DNA of 64,000 bases from contig JAJYZF010000010.1 in assembly GCA_021800165.1 (NCBI GenBank), positions 2,194 to 66,193 of the forward strand, read 5' to 3'. The translations under genes and the position numbers were made by a program. The stretch comes from Planctomycetota bacterium (GTDB taxonomy: Bacteria; Planctomycetota; Phycisphaerae; WQYP01). Below the pieces are notes generated by a model. The model did not search any database, was not told the origin of the DNA, and was given only the letters and a program-made list of their open reading frames with translations. Within the stretch, counting starts at the first letter, position 1, and every line of letters starts with the position of its first letter. This document shows positions 57,552-64,000 of the stretch, piece by piece.

Positions 57552-59576
57552 ATGTCGGAAAAATTGTATCGTCGACGCTTTGTGCAACTGATGACCGCCG
57601 CGGCCGCAGTGGCCATCTGGCCACATTCATTGGCTCTCGCTGCTTTCCATGGCCGGGGCCCGCAACGAAAAGTGCGCCTGGAAGATTTGGATCTCTCGCT
57701 GATGCGCCAGGGTTGGGGCGATCCGCACAAAAATCAAAGTGTGGTGGGTACGCCTCTGCAAATCGGCGCGGTCAAATTTGCCCATGGCATCGGCACTCAT
57801 GCCCCGAGTGCGTGGAACATTGATTTGCAAAAGGCCGCGGTCCGATTTACCGCCTGGGTCGGTGTGGATCATCAAAAACAGGGGCCAGGCGCGGTGATAT
57901 TTGAAGTGCTGGTGGATGGCAAAGTGGCTCTCCGCACGCCGGTGCTGCGCCAGGGCCAGGCCCCGTACAAAATAGATCTGAATTTAAGGGGCGCTAAATC
58001 CATGCTGTTGCTGGTGCATCCGGGCCGGGCGGGAATTGACTTTGACCATGCCGATTGGGCCGACCCGGTGATTACCATGAGCCGTGCGTCCACCGCCGTA
58101 CCGGCGGCGGTCGGACTTGACGCGGGTACCCAACCGCCCGAACTCGCCGGCGGCGATCCTCCGACACCGGAATTTCATGGCCCGCGGGTCATCGGCACCA
58201 CGCCGGGACGCCCCTTTCTATTTCAGGTGCCGCACACCGGTACCCGCCCCATCACCATCGAAGCGGCAGGTTTACCGGATGGGCTAACCATGACCCCTGG
58301 CGGCCTGATCACCGGTACGGTTCATGCCAAGGGCCAATACCATGTAAAACTCACGGCCCGCAACGGTCTGGGCCACGCCACACGTACGCTGCGCATCGTT
58401 GCCGGAGAGCATCAACTGGCTCTGACACCCCCAATGGGTTGGAATTCCTGGAATGCCTACGGCATGAATAACTCTGCGGCCAAAACCCGCGCCGCCGCCG
58501 AAGCGATGGTCAAAACCGGCTTGGCGGCCAAGGGTTTTATGTACATTAACATCGACGACGGCTGGCAAAATGGCCGCACTCCGTCCGGGGAAATCAAAAC
58601 CACCCCGGCCTTCGGTGATATGAAGGAGTTAGCCGATTACGTTCATGCCCGCGGCTTGCGCTTCGGCCTATATTCTTCGCCGGGACCCACCACCTGCGGC
58701 GGCCACACCGGCAGCTACGAGCACGAACCACAAGATGCCCGCACCTATGCGGTCTGGGGCGTGGATTACCTGAAGTATGATTGGTGCAGCTATGGCCGCA
58801 TTGCCGGACCGCATCCGGATCTGGAACAGTTCATCAAGCCCTACGCGACCATGCGCACCGCTCTGGACAATGTTCCGCGGGATATTTTCTTGAGCCTATG
58901 CCAGTACGGCATGGGCCACGTATGGACCTGGGGTGGTAGGCCGCCCGTTTTTGGAAACAGCTACCGTATCAGCGGAGATATTAACGATTCATGGGGGGCC
59001 GTGTGCCGTAACGGCTTTGCGGCAGACGGCCGACTGTTTCCTTTCGCCGGCCCGGGCCATTGGAACGATCCGGATATGCTGGTGGTGGGTTACGGTTATT
59101 TTGAAGATGGCCCGCTGCATTGGACCAAGCTGACCCCATGGGAACAAGTAACGCACGTCACGTTGTGGTGTATGTTGGCCGCCCCATTGCTTTTGGGCTG
59201 CGATCTGGAAAAGCTAAATCGCTTCACCCTTAACCTGATGACCAACACGGAAGTGCTGGCGGTGAATCAGGATGAACTCGGCCAACAGGCTCAGCGCGTG
59301 GCTCGAAAGGGCCAGATGGAGGTATGGGCCAGGCCATTGTGGGATGGCACGGTGGCGGTGGCCATTTTCAATCGCGGCTTTGTGCCGGCAACCACGACCC
59401 TTACCTGGGCGGAAATAGCGCCGGTGATTCCCTCCGGCAAAATGCTTGTGGGCCGTCAACCGGTACGAGATCTCTGGCGCCGCCAAGACTTGGGCGTGCA
59501 GGATCATTTTGCGGCCACTGTGGCACCCCATGGTGCGCTCATGCTGAAGGTGGGCACACCGGACCAGATGGATTGA
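57552..59576 (+). CDS. GH27 alpha-galactosidase-family enzyme with an N-terminal NPCBM-like carbohydrate-binding module.
   Basis: The GH27 hallmark reads PMGWNSWNAYGMN...GFMYINIDDGWQ...LKYDWC. The N-terminal module is QGWGDPHKNQSV...AHGIGTHAPSAW. Tat-like RRRFVQL signal. Confidence 0.75.
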   Translation: MSEKLYRRRFVQLMTAAAAVAIWPHSLALAAFHGRGPQRKVRLEDLDLSLMRQGWGDPHKNQSVVGTPLQIGAVKFAHGIGTHAPSAWNIDLQKAAVRFTAWVGVDHQKQGPGAVIFEVLVDGKVALRTPVLRQGQAPYKIDLNLRGAKSMLLLVHPGRAGIDFDHADWADPVITMSRASTAVPAAVGLDAGTQPPELAGGDPPTPEFHGPRVIGTTPGRPFLFQVPHTGTRPITIEAAGLPDGLTMTPGGLITGTVHAKGQYHVKLTARNGLGHATRTLRIVAGEHQLALTPPMGWNSWNAYGMNNSAAKTRAAAEAMVKTGLAAKGFMYINIDDGWQNGRTPSGEIKTTPAFGDMKELADYVHARGLRFGLYSSPGPTTCGGHTGSYEHEPQDARTYAVWGVDYLKYDWCSYGRIAGPHPDLEQFIKPYATMRTALDNVPRDIFLSLCQYGMGHVWTWGGRPPVFGNSYRISGDINDSWGAVCRNGFAADGRLFPFAGPGHWNDPDMLVVGYGYFEDGPLHWTKLTPWEQVTHVTLWCMLAAPLLLGCDLEKLNRFTLNLMTNTEVLAVNQDELGQQAQRVARKGQMEVWARPLWDGTVAVAIFNRGFVPATTTLTWAEIAPVIPSGKMLVGRQPVRDLWRRQDLGVQDHFAATVAPHGALMLKVGTPDQMD

Positions 59577-59789
59577 GCGTAAGCCTATCCGGGCGATTAA
59601 TCAGCCAGACAAGACCACCCTTGATTTCCATTAATCGTAAAAGCGAATTGCGGAAAGTGCTTATTTCTGCAAGAAACATGTTCCGTTAGCCGTTAAGACT
59701 TGTTAGGATGTATAACGTGGTACCGACCATGGTTCTCCCGCCCTTGGGGCGACTGTGTTATCGCCGGGCAGTTTTAAGGAGTTGTGCGT

Positions 59790-61298
59790 ATGCGAAGTTC
59801 ATGGTGTAAACATCTTGGAGTTGCTGCGGCCGCTTGTTTGGCTGGTTTATCGCTGGCTCTACCCGCTGGAGCGTTTGTCAATCCCAAAGCTTGGGTTCCG
59901 CCGCGGGCCCACCATGTGCGAATGGCCGCAGGTGAGGCGACCGCGCCCTTGCCCTTGCCGGCCACGCCCCAGCGCCGCTCCGAGCATAAGCGCAAGCCCG
60001 CACCACCCGCCCTGATCGGCATGATCGATATGAATCAGATTGTGGGCCACCGGGTGGAGAATTACCCCACGGAAACCATTGATATTGAAACCCTGATGAA
60101 CTGGACCAATTCGCAATTGGGTCTGCACTACCGATACGTACAGGTGGATTTGTCCCGTTTCAGTTGGAGTCCAACGCAATTGCCGGTGCTGTACCTGACG
60201 GGATGGACGCCGCTGCCGAAATTCAGTCCGCTGATTCTGGCAAAAATGAGAGGCTTTATTACCGCGGGCGGTACGCTTTTGATCAATGCCAGTTGCGGCC
60301 GGCCGGAATTTAATAAAAGCGTGATTCGGCTGGAACATCAGTTATTTCCGAATCGTCCTTTTGGCCCGCTGCCGCTGGATGATCCGATGTATCATTGCCT
60401 GAATCACATCTCGCAAATGGCGGTGCGCAACGGCACTGGTCCGTGGAAGGAAATTCCGCCGTACCTGGATGTGATGTACATGGGCTGCCGCGCGGGAATC
60501 ATTTTTTCGCCGGTGGACATGAGCTGGGGCTGGAATGCGGCGACCAGGCCGATCAAGGGTGGGGTTCTTTATGCGCAAGGCGATGCCCTGCGGCTGGGAG
60601 CCAACATTTTAACCTACGTGCTGGCCAATTATCAGTACGGCCGGGCGTTTGAAATTCAAAAAATTTATCAGCAGTCGAAAATTGCCACCCGCGATCAGTT
60701 GGTGATTGCCCAGGTGATGAACAATGGCGATTGGAACCCCACGCCGCACGGCCTGCCGAACTTACTCAAGTTCATTGACCAGAAGACCACGCTAAGCGTG
60801 CAATTCAAGCGGGCCAAGGTTTCGCTGGATTCGCTAAGCGTGGGCCAGTACCCTATTTTGTACATGACGGGCTTGCGGAATTTTGCCTGGACGCCCAAAG
60901 AAGTGCAAAATCTGCATGCCTACCTTCACGCCGGAGGCATGTTATTTGTGGATTGTGCCATGGGGTCCGATGCATTTGATGAAGCGTTCCGTGCGGAAAT
61001 TAAAAAGGTCTTGCCGCACCATAAGCTCAAGATGCTTTCCATGAAATCGCCGGTTTATAACGATGTATTTCAAATCCGTCGGGTGAACTATTCACCGGTG
61101 GTGGCGGCCGCGGATCCCGGCTTGCACGCACCGGTGCTCGAAGGCATTACCATCGATGGTGCGCCCGCTGTGGTATACAGCCGGATTTCGCTTTCCAACG
61201 GCTGGGAAGACCTGCCCAACCCCTATGCCAAGGCCTACGCCACTGCCGACGCCTTGAAGTTGGGAACAAATATCCTGGTGTATGGCTTGACGCACTGA
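59790..61298 (+). CDS. Secreted protein with two tandem DUF4159-like repeats.
   Basis: Signal peptide present. Internal duplication: PVLYLTGWTPLPKFSPLILAKMRGFITAGGTLLINASCG...ALRLGANILTYVL versus PILYMTGLRNFAWTPKEVQNLHAYLHAGGMLFVDCAMGS...ALKLGTNILVYGL. SD aaggag lies 8 nt upstream. Confidence 0.4.
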   Translation: MRSSWCKHLGVAAAACLAGLSLALPAGAFVNPKAWVPPRAHHVRMAAGEATAPLPLPATPQRRSEHKRKPAPPALIGMIDMNQIVGHRVENYPTETIDIETLMNWTNSQLGLHYRYVQVDLSRFSWSPTQLPVLYLTGWTPLPKFSPLILAKMRGFITAGGTLLINASCGRPEFNKSVIRLEHQLFPNRPFGPLPLDDPMYHCLNHISQMAVRNGTGPWKEIPPYLDVMYMGCRAGIIFSPVDMSWGWNAATRPIKGGVLYAQGDALRLGANILTYVLANYQYGRAFEIQKIYQQSKIATRDQLVIAQVMNNGDWNPTPHGLPNLLKFIDQKTTLSVQFKRAKVSLDSLSVGQYPILYMTGLRNFAWTPKEVQNLHAYLHAGGMLFVDCAMGSDAFDEAFRAEIKKVLPHHKLKMLSMKSPVYNDVFQIRRVNYSPVVAAADPGLHAPVLEGITIDGAPAVVYSRISLSNGWEDLPNPYAKAYATADALKLGTNILVYGLTH

Positions 61299-61429
61299 CG
61301 GCGGAGCACTCAAGATAAAAGGCCCTTAGGGCCGATAATACATTCAACCACAATGGCCTGACCGTGCTGCTGTGGTGGGGTTGTTTTTTATCGCGATTGG
61401 AGTTGGGCTTAAGTAAGGATACCAAGACG

Positions 61430-61606
61430 ATGGAAGAATACGAAAATCTAAAAAAAATTCTGGAAGCCTGTGCCGAAGATATTGCCAAGGCCCAGGGCGG
61501 CAATAAAATGGCCGGAACCCGCGTACGCAAAGCCATGCAGGATATTCGAGCGACGGCCCAGCTTATTCGTAAGAAAATCTTGGAAATGCGCACCCAGACG
61601 CCGTGA
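61430..61606 (+). CDS. Small Hc1-like (histone H1-like) DNA-binding protein.
   Basis: 58 aa. KAQGGNKMAGTRVRKAMQDIRATAQLIRKK aligns with chlamydial Hc1 N-domain KAEKGNKAAAQRVRTESIKLEKIAKVYRKE. Confidence 0.5.
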   Translation: MEEYENLKKILEACAEDIAKAQGGNKMAGTRVRKAMQDIRATAQLIRKKILEMRTQTP

Positions 61607-61875
61607 AGTGCCAAGCCGGCCGGACCGCTTTAGCCAGCCAATCCGCCGTCGATCCGCACGGACCACTGCTAAGGCCGTGCGACAAAATCAGTTGCCCCAG
61701 GATCGCGCAGAAATTTGGACCGATGGCAGGGCGTTTGCGAAGCGCATGTCCGGATGGAAAGTAACCAGCGGGCAACGCCGCCTGCGGGCAAAAGAACCGG
61801 CCGGAATGCTCAAGTTATTTTGTCTCGCTGGCTAAGCGCTGCGGTTGTAACCAGGACCAAGCTGGCGTATGTTAT

Positions 61876-62385
61876 TTGGGCATTCGGGTGTTCAACTGGA
61901 GTACTCTGTTCGTGGCACCACCGCTTCTATACGATTTAAGCCGCTTGGATTTATCGAAAATTGAGGTTCCGCTGGAGGAAATTCGCAAAGTCAACCCGCA
62001 TCGGTTTGAAATGGAGCAACTCTCTGGAATTGTGCATATAGACCGGGAAAATATTACGATTGTGGGCGTGCGCGAAGTGAGGATGGATGAATTTTGGGTA
62101 CGCGGCCACATTCCGGGTCGGCCGCTGCTGCCGGGTGTGCTGATGATTGAGTCAGCGGCGCAGCTCTGCTCTTACGCTGGTCGAGTGCTGCTGCCGGACA
62201 TGGGCTTCATCGGCTTTGCCCGGTGCGAGCACGGTAAATTCCGCGGTGCTGTGATTCCGCCCAGCACCTTGTACGTGATTGCCAAAATGGTGGATGTGAG
62301 TCGGCGGCGCATTGTGGCGGATTGCCAAGGCGTTTGCAACGGTACTCTGGTATTTGAATGTAAAATTACGGGAATGCCCGTGTAG
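61876..62385 (+). CDS. fabZ: FabZ/FabA-like hotdog-fold 3-hydroxyacyl-ACP dehydratase.
   Basis: LEEIRKVNPHRFEMEQL...VRGHIPGRPLLPGVLMIESAAQL matches the FabZ PHR(Y/F)PFL...GHFPG.P..PGVL..EA.AQ pattern. Start codon uncertain (TTG/GTG). Confidence 0.65.
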   Translation: MGIRVFNWSTLFVAPPLLYDLSRLDLSKIEVPLEEIRKVNPHRFEMEQLSGIVHIDRENITIVGVREVRMDEFWVRGHIPGRPLLPGVLMIESAAQLCSYAGRVLLPDMGFIGFARCEHGKFRGAVIPPSTLYVIAKMVDVSRRRIVADCQGVCNGTLVFECKITGMPV

Positions 62386-62437
62386 GCCCACAACAGCGCG
62401 GCAAGAACCGGCACCATCCATTTTTGGGTTTAAGATC

Positions 62438-63778
62438 GTGGATACGCCAACCACCTTGTCGGATCTGCTGCCGCAGCGTGTCGAATTGCCGGAAATTCCC
62501 ACGGATCTGCTCGACCCGGCGACCGACGGTCGAAATTTGGATATTGCCTTGGCCACCGTGCCGGCCAAGCCCGCTGTTTACGCGCTCCTGGACCACGCGG
62601 GGCGGCCCATCTTGCTTTCCAGTACCGCCAATTTGCGAATGGGGTTGCTGCGCCGCTGTACCCTGCCCTCCGCGGAAGAATTTCATCGGCGTCGCACCGA
62701 TTATCGCCAGATCACGCGGTGGGTCGATTATCGCCGCGTCAGCAGCACCTTTGCGGCCAATTTATGGTTTCTGCGCGTGGCCCGGCTGCTCTATCCGGAC
62801 CGGTACCGCAAAATGCTGGCGTGGAAAATGGCGTGGGGGGTTATGGTAGACTTGCAAGCCGAGTTTCCCCAGTTGCTGGCCGTTTCCGCCGCCCGCGCGC
62901 CGATCGGCCAATGGCTGGGGCCGTTTCCCGATGCTGTGAGTGCCCGCCAGGCCATACACGTATTGGAAGACACCTTCGACTTGTGTCGGTATTATGATGT
63001 GCTCCGAGAGGCACCGCACGGCAAACCATGCGCCTACAAGCAAATGGGTAAGTGTCCGGCCCCCTGCGATGGCAGTACCACCTTGGCGGAGTATCGCCGG
63101 AGCATGCGCAGCGCCGTGGAGTTTCTGGTGGGAAGTGAAGCGGGCTTAGACGTCCATGGGAAGGCGGCTGCGGCGGTTCGCCAGACCTGGCGGCAAGCCC
63201 AGCAATTGCAGATGCGCAGTGCCGCAGCCAAGCTGGACTTTCTGACCGCCGCACGAATCAAATCCCGAATCAATGCTGCGGCCTCTCTTTCCGGGGAAAA
63301 AATGGCCCATGTTCACCGTTTGTCCGGACTTAAATTTTTCATTCTCCAGCCCGGCGAAACTCCATCGTGGATCGAACCATTTTTTTTTCAGGCCGGGAAC
63401 ATTGTTGTCGGCGAACCGGTGCGGAAGAAACAGGTCACCAGCACGCTGGCCCATTGGTGCCACCAGATCAACACATCGCTGCCGGTTGCGGATGGTTCCC
63501 GCGATGACCCGGCAGACCTGGTAAGCCTGCTGTGCTATCACCTGTTCCGATCGCGTGATTCCGGATTGTACATTGCCGCCGATGAGCCTTTGCAGGTTCA
63601 GACGCTGGCGGATCGGTTAAGCGCCTGGTGGGCGCAAAAGCCGCGATCTTCGGATAATATGGAACAGTCCTCGGATTCGGCGGAGGCTCTGGATCCCGGT
63701 CCAACCGCGGGCCAGCCACGCTTACCGATGGATCAGGACGGCCCAAACCGTCCGCCTCATGGAAGGGGCACATGGTGA
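62438..63778 (+). CDS. UvrC-like N-terminal half only: GIY-YIG nuclease, Cys4 and UVR domains (Cho-like/truncated excinuclease C homologue).
   Basis: GIY-YIG KPAVYALLDHAGRPILLSSTANLRMGL. Cys cluster KPCAYKQMGKCPAPCDG (compare UvrC RPCL.Y.I.RCLAPC). UVR-like QMRSAAAKLDFLTAARIKSRI. No RNase H-like or HhH C-terminal half. Confidence 0.5.
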   Translation: MDTPTTLSDLLPQRVELPEIPTDLLDPATDGRNLDIALATVPAKPAVYALLDHAGRPILLSSTANLRMGLLRRCTLPSAEEFHRRRTDYRQITRWVDYRRVSSTFAANLWFLRVARLLYPDRYRKMLAWKMAWGVMVDLQAEFPQLLAVSAARAPIGQWLGPFPDAVSARQAIHVLEDTFDLCRYYDVLREAPHGKPCAYKQMGKCPAPCDGSTTLAEYRRSMRSAVEFLVGSEAGLDVHGKAAAAVRQTWRQAQQLQMRSAAAKLDFLTAARIKSRINAAASLSGEKMAHVHRLSGLKFFILQPGETPSWIEPFFFQAGNIVVGEPVRKKQVTSTLAHWCHQINTSLPVADGSRDDPADLVSLLCYHLFRSRDSGLYIAADEPLQVQTLADRLSAWWAQKPRSSDNMEQSSDSAEALDPGPTAGQPRLPMDQDGPNRPPHGRGTW

Positions 63779-64000
63779 AAAGCGGTAGCGTTAATCCAGT
63801 CAATTCCGCTGTACCAGCGGCGGCAGGCAATACGATCAGCGGCCTTGTGCCCGAAGATATTGCCGCCATCCAGCAATTTTGTTTATACGTGGATACGGAA
63901 TTGGGATTGTCCGCCAACACCCTTGCGGCCTATCGCACTGACCTGACCGATTGGGCATTATTCTCTGCGGGCCATGGCCCCAAACGCATGATTGAAGCGG
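63772..64000 (+). CDS. Tyrosine site-specific recombinase, XerC/XerD-like (5' partial, runs off the window).
   Basis: N-terminal core-binding motif IQQFCLYVDTELGLSANTLAAYRTDLTDW. Overlaps the preceding stop (ATGGTGA). Confidence 0.55.
   Translation, partial: MVKSGSVNPVNSAVPAAAGNTISGLVPEDIAAIQQFCLYVDTELGLSANTLAAYRTDLTDWALFSAGHGPKRMIEA

Overview
This window is a GC-rich (about 60 percent) bacterial chromosomal segment, probably from a Planctomycetota/PVC-type organism: it carries a DUF1559 prepilin-like gene and PEP-CTERM proteins, and many -10 boxes sit 7-9 nt upstream of the ATG. In order, it contains:

1. An array of three standalone RHS-core/polymorphic-toxin cassettes (1.5-8.9 kb), each followed by a putative immunity gene. 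Cassette 3 carries two in-frame insertions of a small palindromic REP-like repeat.
2. A 1.9 kb non-coding island (8.9-10.8 kb) densely packed with the same REP-like repeats.
3. A 1208-aa membrane-anchored Gln/Ala-rich coiled-coil protein (minus strand).
4. A fluoride riboswitch (15362-15422) in front of a six-gene Ehr-type operon (complex I / group-4 hydrogenase relatives in which the [NiFe]-ligating cysteines are absent), followed by enolase and a dynamin-like GTPase.
5. A frameshifted metallophosphoesterase.
6. A second fluoride riboswitch with an intrinsic terminator, in front of crcB (fluoride channel) and a tandem-DUF190 gene.
7. Housekeeping genes: mreD, mrdA (PBP2) and rodA; ffh; ispG; a RidA-family protein; and a YfcH-like epimerase.
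8. A glycan-utilisation region: a DUF1559 prepilin-like protein, a PEP-CTERM-anchored GH13 amylase, two PEP-CTERM proteins, a LacI-family regulator, a GH13 lipoprotein, GH31, a GHMP kinase, an M42 peptidase and GH27+NPCBM. Three of its promoters share a CTTGACA-N17-TAAACT promoter overlapped by a perfect 16-bp palindrome (GTTTAACCGGTTAAAC), which suggests a single LacI-type regulon linking the pilin-like protein to alpha-glucan degradation.
9. At the 3' end: a tandem-repeat DUF4159-like secreted protein, an Hc1-like histone-type protein, a FabZ-like dehydratase, a truncated UvrC-like GIY-YIG protein and the start of a Xer-type recombinase.

No rRNA, tRNA, CRISPR array or clear IS element was found. 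All calls come from reading the sequence and translated ORFs by eye; no database searches were run.
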